Part shown: positions 19,608-27,616 of the stretch, one piece after another
Position numbering within the stretch: the first letter of the stretch is position 1
Layout: each line of letters opens with the position of its first letter
Source of the DNA: an uncultured bacterium
GTDB taxonomy: Bacteria; Patescibacteriota; Patescibacteriia; Magasanikbacterales; GWA2-37-8
Reading direction: 5' to 3'
Assembly: GCA_937903605.1 (NCBI GenBank)
Contig: CALCZC010000025.1
Span: forward strand, 131,275-195,274
DNA: 64,000 nt
Notes under the pieces: model-generated
Seen by the model: only the letters and a program-made list of their open reading frames with translations
Database searches by the model: none
Told to the model about the DNA's origin: nothing
Program-made: the position numbers and the translations under genes

Positions 19608-21074
19608 TTATTTTTCTTCTGGTTTTAAAGTCGGAAATAAAATTACTTCCTTGAGATTGTCGGTATTCATCAAAAGTTTTACCAATCGATCTATTCCCAT
19701 ACCCAAACCCGCTGTCGGTGGCATACCTTGTTTTAAAGCGGCGATAAAATCAGCGTCATATTGCATACCTTCATCATCCCCTGCTTTGCGTAATTTTTCT
19801 TGTTCTTTAAAGCGAGCTTCTTGGTCAAGCGGATCGTTAAGCTCGGAAAAAGCATTACAAAGCTCATTTCCGCCCACACATACCAATTGCATCCTTTCTA
19901 CATATGCAGGATTATCAGTTTTTCTTTTTGCCAAAGGCGATAATTCTACCGGATGATCAATCATAAAAACAGGATTGATAATATTCGGTCTGGCATAAGT
20001 TTTGTAAATCTCGTCAACCAGTTTTCCACGACCAGTATTTTTATCAACACCCTCTATTTTTAATTCTTTGGCTTTTTCAAAAAGAGATTTTTGATCAGGA
20101 TAATCCTCTATGTCTATTTTGGCGTATTGTTTGATGATTTCTCGCATAGTTATACGCGGATAAGGCGGGGTAAAATCAACTTCTTGATCTCCTACCGTCA
20201 TCTTTAAAGGTAAATTCATAGCTTTAATAAGACGGGGTAATAAATCTTCCATCAAGTTCATCAAATCTTGATAATTGGCATAAGCCCAATAAAATTCTAT
20301 TTGGGTGAATTCGGGGTTATGGTTATTATCTATCCCTTCGTTACGAAAACATTTGGCGACTTCATACACTTTTTCAAAACCACCGACAATCAAACGTTTA
20401 AGATAAAGTTCCGGGGCAATGCGTAAAAATAAGTCCGCTCCCAGTGCGTTATGATGAGTAACAAAAGGTTTAGCGTTAGCTCCACCATAAAGAGATTGTA
20501 AAATGGGAGTTTCTACTTCATAAAAACCCTTATCATTAAAATAATTTCTTAATTCTTTGACTAATAAGCTTCGGGCAACCGCAATTTTCATGGATTCTTC
20601 GTTTGAAAGTAAATCCAAATATCTTTGGCGATAACGAGTTTCAATATCGTTTAGACCGTGAAATTTTTCAGGCATCGGTAAAAGAGCTTTGGCTATAATT
20701 TTAAACTCTTTCACTAAAACTGAGATTTCTCCTTTGTGGGTAATAAAAATTTTTCCTTTTATTTCCAAAAAATCACCAATATCAAAATTTTTAGTAAAAA
20801 ATTTAAATTTATCTTTACCTAAATCTTTTTCCGAAATAGCCAGTTGTATTTTACCGCTAAAATCTTTCAGATGAGCAAAGCAAAGTTTTCCCATTTCTCG
20901 AGAAGATACCAAACGCCCGACCAAAACAACATTGGAATCAACCGATAATTCACGAGCCTGTGCGATAGTATGGGTTTTTTGACAAGAGCTAGGGTACGGA
21001 TTTATACCCTGTTGCTGTAACAACTCCAGACGGCCTAGTCGGACCGCTTCTTCGCTTAAATTTTTATCTGTCAT
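19608..21074 (-). CDS. lysS: Lysyl-tRNA synthetase, class II
   Basis: An OB-fold N-terminus and class II motifs (FRNEGIDNNHNPEFTQIEFY, GLGMGIDRLVKLL). Confidence 0.9.
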   Translation of the reverse strand: MTDKNLSEEAVRLGRLELLQQQGINPYPSSCQKTHTIAQARELSVDSNVVLVGRLVSSREMGKLCFAHLKDFSGKIQLAISEKDLGKDKFKFFTKNFDIGDFLEIKGKIFITHKGEISVLVKEFKIIAKALLPMPEKFHGLNDIETRYRQRYLDLLSNEESMKIAVARSLLVKELRNYFNDKGFYEVETPILQSLYGGANAKPFVTHHNALGADLFLRIAPELYLKRLIVGGFEKVYEVAKCFRNEGIDNNHNPEFTQIEFYWAYANYQDLMNLMEDLLPRLIKAMNLPLKMTVGDQEVDFTPPYPRITMREIIKQYAKIDIEDYPDQKSLFEKAKELKIEGVDKNTGRGKLVDEIYKTYARPNIINPVFMIDHPVELSPLAKRKTDNPAYVERMQLVCVGGNELCNAFSELNDPLDQEARFKEQEKLRKAGDDEGMQYDADFIAALKQGMPPTAGLGMGIDRLVKLLMNTDNLKEVILFPTLKPEEK

Positions 21075-21171
21075 AAGTAAATTTTAAATATATTTGATAT
21101 TAAAATTATAGCTAAAATTGCCATAAAAGTAAAGAATCCCGCCTGTGGAGCGGGATTCTTACAAATTGATT

Positions 21172-21633
21172 TTAAATTACTCTTATAATTTCGTAATTTT
21201 GTATTCCGGCGGGAGTGCGAATTTCTACTTTATCCCCTGCTTTATGACCTAAAAAGGCATTTCCAAGCGGAGATTCATTGGATATTTTGCCGTTAATCGG
21301 ATCAGCCTCTTGCGCTCCGACAATTTGGTAAGTTTTCTCTATTTTATTTACTTCAACTACCACAGTATTGCCCAAACCAATTTTATCGCTTTTACTTTTT
21401 TCAATAATTTGTGCATTACCAATGATATTTTCTAATTCCAAAAGACGCCCTTGTGCCCAGGCCATTTCCTCTTTGGCTTGGTGATATTCGGCATTTTCAG
21501 ACAAATCACCTTGCTGTTTAGCTTCGTTGATTTTATTGGCCACAGCCGGGATTTGAACGTATTTTACGTCTTCATACTCTTTTTTTAGAGCTTCCAAGCT
21601 TTCTTTGCTTAAATAGTGGATTTTATCCGCCAT
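21172..21633 (-). CDS. greA: Transcription elongation factor GreA
   Basis: Coiled-coil tip GDLSENAEYHQAKEE and a C-terminal FKBP-like domain. Confidence 0.85.
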   Translation of the reverse strand: MADKIHYLSKESLEALKKEYEDVKYVQIPAVANKINEAKQQGDLSENAEYHQAKEEMAWAQGRLLELENIIGNAQIIEKSKSDKIGLGNTVVVEVNKIEKTYQIVGAQEADPINGKISNESPLGNAFLGHKAGDKVEIRTPAGIQNYEIIRVI

Positions 21634-21724
21634 ATTTCGTTAAAATTCAATTTTAGTAAAAAATAAGATTCCGAAGAGAATCGGAATATTTATATGTATA
21701 TATTAACATTTATGAAAATAAGCG

Positions 21725-22438
21725 TCAAGAACTGAATTTAACAACTTTCTCCATTATTTTGACACTCGCTTCAATTCTCTTTTTCAACGGTTGTTTACCC
21801 GGTGTTTCAGTACACATACTGTATGGAGTGCCTTTGCGGAACAATTTATCTTCAAAAGAATCATCTTGAAGATTTGTAACTAATCCCCCACTTGCTTTAT
21901 CGCCATAAATTTTTTCCGCCAACTCAATAGTAAAATATTTTTTTGCAAGTTTTATAATATCGCGGTAAATAATCTCCGGCTGTTTTTCAAAATTATAAAT
22001 ATAAAAGGTTTTTTTATCCATGTCTTCATGTAAAGCGCAGAAGAAAAATATTTTTTCGTATTTTATTTCGTTATATAAAATTTTATTTTCTCCAGTCAAC
22101 GATTTTTTACAAAACAAAGCATTCAGATTCTTTTTTAGGTAATTTTCTCTTATATTTTTATCAAAACCCGTAGGATTGGCAACCGGAAAAATAATCAACT
22201 TGTTTTTTATTTTTTTAATATTGAGTTTTTCCAAAAATTTTAGCACTGCCCATGGTCCGGCGATTTCATACCCGTGAATTCCGGCGGAAAAACAAACTGT
22301 TTTTCCCTTATTATTGATAATAATTTTATAAATTGGATATTCTTTTTTAAATCCAACCCTGCCGATTTCCACCAAATCAAGATTTTTCTTTTTACAAACG
22401 GCATTCAATTTTTTTAAGTAATTTTTATAATAGGACAT
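21725..22438 (-). CDS. Succinylglutamate desuccinylase/aspartoacylase-like (M14-type) zinc hydrolase
   Basis: GIHGYEIAG (HxxE zinc ligand) and a later H in LHEDMD. Confidence 0.45.
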   Translation of the reverse strand: MSYYKNYLKKLNAVCKKKNLDLVEIGRVGFKKEYPIYKIIINNKGKTVCFSAGIHGYEIAGPWAVLKFLEKLNIKKIKNKLIIFPVANPTGFDKNIRENYLKKNLNALFCKKSLTGENKILYNEIKYEKIFFFCALHEDMDKKTFYIYNFEKQPEIIYRDIIKLAKKYFTIELAEKIYGDKASGGLVTNLQDDSFEDKLFRKGTPYSMCTETPGKQPLKKRIEASVKIMEKVVKFSS

Positions 22439-22444
22439 AATTTT

Positions 22445-22496
22445 CCTGGATCCCCGCCTTTCTCAAAGGGAGGTCGTTGGCCCGCGGGGATGACAG
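22445..22496 (-). repeat. REP-like GC-rich hairpin element (GTCATCCCCGC...GCGGGGATCC), family C
   Basis: A GC island in AT-rich DNA; an 8-bp perfect stem. The same motif recurs at 53124-53210, 40302-40399 and 43356-43395. Confidence 0.5.
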
Positions 22497-22535
22497 TATT
22501 ATATCATTTATAGTCAGTAGTCTGAAGTCTAAAAT

Positions 22536-24506
22536 CTATTTCAAGTATTTCTGTCCCCACCAACGTAAAAACTCGTTGGCTACCGGCATAGCGGCCGTAG
22601 AACCCTCTTTTCCTTCTTCTATGAGCACGGTAATGACGATTTTGGGGTTGTTGTAGGGCGCAAAACCGGTAAACCAGGCGTGTGGATCGGCTTTTTTACT
22701 CCACTGGGCCGTACCTGTTTTTCCGGCCGCTAAGAAAGGCAAGGAATTCAATAATTTACAACTGCCGGTTTTAACACATTCACGCATGCCTTCACGAACG
22801 ATATTAATATTTTTTTCAGAGACAAAATCGCTATTTAATGTTTGATTGGGAATTTCATAAGTAATTTTTTCTGTTGTGTCTATAATATATTTTCCCAAGT
22901 GCGGACGAACAACATCACCTCCGTTGGCAATTGCTGCAGTCCAAACCACTGCCTGTAACGGAGTAACTAACAAATCACCTTGACCAATAGATAAATTATA
23001 AGTATCTCCCACATACCAACGTTCTTTTTTTGTTTCTAGTTTCCATTCTTTGCTGGGTAAAAAACCGATATTTTCACCTGGTAAATCAATTTGCGTGCTT
23101 TTGCCCAAATTGAACTCTTGCATATATTGGATTATTTTGTCCGCTCCCAAACCAGAAAAATTACCATATCCCCCGCCGACATAATAAAAATAAGTATTAA
23201 CAGACCAAGCAATGGCGCGAATAACATTGGTAACACCGTGACCGCCTGGTTGCCAATCTTTAAAAAACCAATTTCCAACTTCCAAACCGCCGGAGCTTAA
23301 AAAGGCCGTAGTTCTGCTGACTATTTTTTCTTGCAAAGCTGCTGCCGCTACCACCATTTTGACAATAGAACCAGAAGGATAAATACCCCCTATTGCTCTA
23401 TTGAAAAGGGGTTTGTTTTTATCATAAAGATATTTTTTATAATTTGAGACGGATATTCCTCCGGAAAAATCATTATTATCAAATGAAGGTAAAGAGACCA
23501 TGGCCAAAATTTCACCGGTTTGCGGATTCATCGCAATAGCTACCCCCTTTTCACGTCTAATGTTTTTCAATTGATTTGCTAAAATCTTTTCAAGTTTAAC
23601 TTGAGCTTCTACATCCAGAGTTAAAATTAAATTTTTCCCCGGAATAGGCGGTTCTTCCGCTAAAACATTCTGTTCTTTACCCAAAGCATCAACTTCTACT
23701 TTTTTCTTTCCATAAACCCCTCGTAAAACTTCTTCGTATGTTTTTTCCAGACCGGCTTTACCTAAATTATCGGTTGTCAAATAACCTTTGGTTTTTAATG
23801 ATTTTAAATCATCTTCACTCAGTTTTCCGAGATATCCTAACAAATGTGACAAACTAAGAGTACTATCTTTTTCTTTGGGGTCCTGGTTTAAATAAAGACG
23901 TTTAGTACCTTTTTCTATCAAAATACCCGGTAAATTGGCATTTTCTATATACAATTTTAAAGCTGTTTCATAATCCAGGTTTTCTTTTATTACTAAGGAT
24001 TCATAACTATAAGAACCATATTTATCAAGAATATCTTGAAAATTTTCTTGTGGAACCCCGGTAGTTTCCGAAAGTTGTTTTATAATTTCCGCAGCCCTTG
24101 CTTTATCTTTGGGAAAATCTTGAGGTACGATAGAAAGCATAAAACTCGGAACATTTTGTACTAATTGTGTATGAAAACGGTCGTAAATAATTCCTCGCTC
24201 GGCGGCTATCGGTCGCAAACGTGCCCGATTATTTTCAGCCAAAGCGCGGTATTCTTCTCCTTTGATAGTCTGTAAATATAGAACTCGTCCGGACAAAACC
24301 AATACTCCCAAGATAATACCAATAAAAAAATAAAATATTTTTTTATTATTTAAAGAAGGTCCTAAGTGATCTTTGGTAGCAGAAAAAACTTTTTGTTTAC
24401 CTACCTGTTGTTCAAAACCAAAAGATTCTTCCACCCAAGTTTGACGATATTTACCACTGAGGTCGCCTCGACTTTCATTAAAAAATTCAAAAAAATTATT
24501 TTTCAT
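22536..24506 (-). CDS. mrdA: Penicillin-binding protein 2 (elongasome transpeptidase)
   Basis: SxxK (SGSIVK), SxN (SVN) and KTG (KTGTA). The last gene of the mreBCD-mrdA cluster. The start is chosen at MKNNFFEF to give a 2-nt overlap with the mreD stop. Confidence 0.85.
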   Translation of the reverse strand: MKNNFFEFFNESRGDLSGKYRQTWVEESFGFEQQVGKQKVFSATKDHLGPSLNNKKIFYFFIGIILGVLVLSGRVLYLQTIKGEEYRALAENNRARLRPIAAERGIIYDRFHTQLVQNVPSFMLSIVPQDFPKDKARAAEIIKQLSETTGVPQENFQDILDKYGSYSYESLVIKENLDYETALKLYIENANLPGILIEKGTKRLYLNQDPKEKDSTLSLSHLLGYLGKLSEDDLKSLKTKGYLTTDNLGKAGLEKTYEEVLRGVYGKKKVEVDALGKEQNVLAEEPPIPGKNLILTLDVEAQVKLEKILANQLKNIRREKGVAIAMNPQTGEILAMVSLPSFDNNDFSGGISVSNYKKYLYDKNKPLFNRAIGGIYPSGSIVKMVVAAAALQEKIVSRTTAFLSSGGLEVGNWFFKDWQPGGHGVTNVIRAIAWSVNTYFYYVGGGYGNFSGLGADKIIQYMQEFNLGKSTQIDLPGENIGFLPSKEWKLETKKERWYVGDTYNLSIGQGDLLVTPLQAVVWTAAIANGGDVVRPHLGKYIIDTTEKITYEIPNQTLNSDFVSEKNINIVREGMRECVKTGSCKLLNSLPFLAAGKTGTAQWSKKADPHAWFTGFAPYNNPKIVITVLIEEGKEGSTAAMPVANEFLRWWGQKYLK

Positions 24507-25036
24507 AAACGATCGAGATATTTGGGGTTTAGTTTCTTTATCCAATAAGAAAGTATGAGATAACTAAACATAATCACAAAAGCGGTTAAAGCCATTTCAT
24601 AAGCATAATCGGCAAATGTGCGAGAAGTATATAAAAAAGTTTTTTTGAAAAAAAAGTTAGATAATGAGTTTAGTCCTAAAAAATAAACCCGATAAATAAA
24701 GATACTGATTGCAGAAGTTAAGGTTATAATATAAAAACTACGATTGGTTAGAAAATAAGTCAGTAACCAAGATGTTGTCAATAAACAAAAATACAATGAT
24801 ATCATTGTTACACCGAAAGAAGAGGCTACAAAAAGTTCTAAAAAAAGACCTAAAATAAGTGAATACCAAAGCGCTTGTTCGGTTTTATTCATCAAAAGAG
24901 TGAGGAACAGAAAAACAAAAACTAAGTTTATGTGTTCAAAAGGATATGGTAAAACATTATTTACCCAAATATGCGCAATAAATATTATTGCCAATAAAAA
25001 AATTTTGCCAAAAATTTGTAAAAATATTTTTAACAT
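24503..25036 (-). CDS. mreD: Rod shape-determining protein MreD
   Basis: A small polytopic membrane protein directly downstream of mreC. Confidence 0.6.
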   Translation of the reverse strand: MLKIFLQIFGKIFLLAIIFIAHIWVNNVLPYPFEHINLVFVFLFLTLLMNKTEQALWYSLILGLFLELFVASSFGVTMISLYFCLLTTSWLLTYFLTNRSFYIITLTSAISIFIYRVYFLGLNSLSNFFFKKTFLYTSRTFADYAYEMALTAFVIMFSYLILSYWIKKLNPKYLDRL

Positions 25037-25037
25037 T

Positions 25038-25841
25038 TTATTGGGTTAAAATAATTCCGATATAAACAAAACGACTATAATCGACACTGGGAGTCAAAAT
25101 AGCTTGTTGAAAGGGTTGATAAGCTTCATTTTCAACAGCAGCCACTTTACCGATAAGCAATCCACGCGGAGTATCCTTTTCTAAGCCGGAAGTTACAACC
25201 AAATCCCCTATTTGGACGGTTTCGTTACGGGGAATAAAATTCATTCTAACTGATAATCCATAACCACCTTCCACTACACCTAAACTTTTTTCCCGATTAA
25301 TTATAGTAGCTGCCACTTTACTTTGATTGTCTGAAAGTAAACGAATAATAGAAATATCTTTATCTGTCTTTACAACTTTACCCACCAGAACGCCATCTTC
25401 CACGATAGCGGAGTTTCCGGCCTTAATACCTTCATTTTCTCCACGATCAATAATAATCGTTTTTTCTGTGCCTTCCAGATTATTGCCAATAACTTTAGTA
25501 ATTAAAATGTTTTGTTTGGTTTTTTCTTTAAAATTTAACTGTTTTTTTAATTCCGCATTTTCTTCTTCTAATAATTTTAATTTTGCCTCGTTTTCATCTT
25601 TTTTTTGCAAAGACAGTTGAGCAGAGCGATAAGCATTAAAAAACTGTTCTTTGTTTTGAAAAAATTCATAATCATCTTTTATTTTAATACTAAAATCTCC
25701 ACTTTGACGAATAAACGGAACAAAAATTTGACGGAGTGTTTTTTTACCAAAATTGAGACCGCCTAAATAATTAAAAAAAACGAGGAATATGATTATTCCC
25801 CCGACCAGCATCGTTGTTTTTTGCAAATTACTTTTTCGCAT
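25038..25841 (-). CDS. mreC: Rod shape-determining protein MreC
   Basis: An N-terminal TM and coiled coil, then a beta-rich domain (GDLVVTSGLEKDTPRGLLIGKV). Confidence 0.8.
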   Translation of the reverse strand: MRKSNLQKTTMLVGGIIIFLVFFNYLGGLNFGKKTLRQIFVPFIRQSGDFSIKIKDDYEFFQNKEQFFNAYRSAQLSLQKKDENEAKLKLLEEENAELKKQLNFKEKTKQNILITKVIGNNLEGTEKTIIIDRGENEGIKAGNSAIVEDGVLVGKVVKTDKDISIIRLLSDNQSKVAATIINREKSLGVVEGGYGLSVRMNFIPRNETVQIGDLVVTSGLEKDTPRGLLIGKVAAVENEAYQPFQQAILTPSVDYSRFVYIGIILTQ

Positions 25842-25843
25842 AA

Positions 25844-26893
25844 CTAATTTAAATTATCTTGAGTTGGAAAAACAGCCACTGTTTGCAACAATTCTTCATC
25901 ATCCAACAGCATTCCACAGCCTCTTACCACGGCAGTAAGTGGATCATCGGCAACTCGAACCGGTAATTCAGTAGCGCGAGAAATAAGCTGGTCAACACCA
26001 CGTAGTAAAGCTCCACCCCCGGTCAACAATATTCCACGTTCATGAATATCGGCTATCAATTCTGGCGGAGTAACCTCCACCGTAGCTTTTATATCATCAA
26101 TAATGGCTTTTAGAGATCTACTCAAAGCTTCACGGACTTGTTTATCATTAATGATAACTTCTTTTGGTAAGCCGGTAACCATATCTCGTCCACGCATCGG
26201 ATATTCCATACGTTCGGCTAATTCTACTGCCGAACCTATTTTTATTTTTATTTCTTCCGCCTGTCTTTCACCAACCAACAAATTAAAGTTGTCGCGAGCA
26301 TACTGTACAATGTTTTGATTAAATTCATCACCAGCAATTTTGATAGACTTACTTTTGACAATTCCGGAAAGAGAAATAACTGCTATCTCCGTAGTTCCCC
26401 CGCCAATATCAATAATAAAATTACCTACAGGGTCTTTTACCGGCATTCTAGAACCGATAGCGGAAAGCATTGGCTCTTCAACAATAAAAACTTCCGAGGC
26501 TCCGGCGTTAAAAGCCGCATCACTTACCGCTTTGCGTTCCACCTCAGTTAAATCAAGTGGTGCCCCGATAACAACACGCGGTCGAGAAACAAAACCAACA
26601 CTACCGGCGTTTATTTTTTCAATATAATAAGTAATCATCTTTTCTGTAACTTCAAAATCAGAAATAATCCCATTAGTCAATGGTTTAGTAGTCGAAATAT
26701 GCGGTGGAGTTTTGCCGATCATGTCTTTAGCCTCGTTGCCGACAGCCAAAATCTGTTCTGTTTTGGTGTTAACCGCCACCACAGACGGCTCATTTACCAC
26801 AATTCCCCGTCCTTTGAGATAAATCAAAGTGTTAGCAGTGCCCAAATCTATGCCGAGTTCTTTACGAAATTTATTAAAAAATTTATTAAACAT
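25844..26893 (-). CDS. mreB: Rod shape-determining protein MreB (actin homolog)
   Basis: GIDLGTANTLIY, DIGGGTTEIAV and LTGGGALLRG actin-fold motifs. Confidence 0.9.
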   Translation of the reverse strand: MFNKFFNKFRKELGIDLGTANTLIYLKGRGIVVNEPSVVAVNTKTEQILAVGNEAKDMIGKTPPHISTTKPLTNGIISDFEVTEKMITYYIEKINAGSVGFVSRPRVVIGAPLDLTEVERKAVSDAAFNAGASEVFIVEEPMLSAIGSRMPVKDPVGNFIIDIGGGTTEIAVISLSGIVKSKSIKIAGDEFNQNIVQYARDNFNLLVGERQAEEIKIKIGSAVELAERMEYPMRGRDMVTGLPKEVIINDKQVREALSRSLKAIIDDIKATVEVTPPELIADIHERGILLTGGGALLRGVDQLISRATELPVRVADDPLTAVVRGCGMLLDDEELLQTVAVFPTQDNLN

Positions 26894-26903
26894 AAAATAC
26901 TTT

Positions 26904-27284
26904 TCAAGTTTCTTTACGTGTAAAGATTATCCCCTCAAAAATTAAATAAAAGAAAAGAATTAATAAAAAAGTTAACCAATTCAGCAAATCTTCTCGGGCT
27001 AAAAATAAAATTCCGATTATCAAACAAGAAAAAACCAATGCTTGACGAAAAACCTTCTTTATTTGTCGAAAAATTATTTCGTCCTCTTTGTATTTTATTT
27101 TTTTAACCAAAATTACCACAAAAGAAAATCCGCCCAAAATCCCGAGAAACAAACTTAAATAGAAAAAAGTCAAAGGTAAAGTAGCGTTTATATTCGGATC
27201 AAAATTTAATACCACCAAAATACAAATAGTAAAGCAGAGTATCGAACCTAAACCGATAGAAAATAAATATTCTTTCAAGTTCAT
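26904..27284 (-). CDS. Hypothetical small membrane protein
   Basis: Three to four predicted TM segments. No recognizable motif. Confidence 0.35.
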   Translation of the reverse strand: MNLKEYLFSIGLGSILCFTICILVVLNFDPNINATLPLTFFYLSLFLGILGGFSFVVILVKKIKYKEDEIIFRQIKKVFRQALVFSCLIIGILFLAREDLLNWLTFLLILFFYLIFEGIIFTRKET

Positions 27285-27324
27285 AATAAGTTGATTTTAA
27301 CAGAAAAAAAGCACTTTTGGCAAG

Positions 27325-27615
27325 CTACAAAATGGTCTTTATACTAATAATTTTGACAGAGGTATTTTTTTCTCTTATTTTAGCCAAAATATTGTTTTCG
27401 TTGAGTCTTATTTCAGAAGCAACCACCGGACTCTTACACCAAACGTATAAAATACTATTTTTAATATAACGTGCTTGTAAAAAATCGGTAGCTACCTCTC
27501 CAAAAATTTCCAATAATACTCTATTGGCTTCTTCTACGGTTAAACTGGCTCCGGCACTACGTAAAACCGGAATTTCTTCCATCTTGTTTTTAAGAATTGA
27601 AAACAATGATTTCAT
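27325..27615 (-). CDS. DUF721 / DciA-like protein (candidate replicative-helicase loader)
   Basis: 97 aa from the ATG at 27615, 1 nt after the UvrD-like stop. The pattern EEANRVLLEIFGE...VWCKSPVVASEIRL resembles DUF721. Confidence 0.45.
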   Translation of the reverse strand: MKSLFSILKNKMEEIPVLRSAGASLTVEEANRVLLEIFGEVATDFLQARYIKNSILYVWCKSPVVASEIRLNENNILAKIREKNTSVKIISIKTIL

Positions 27616-27616
27616 A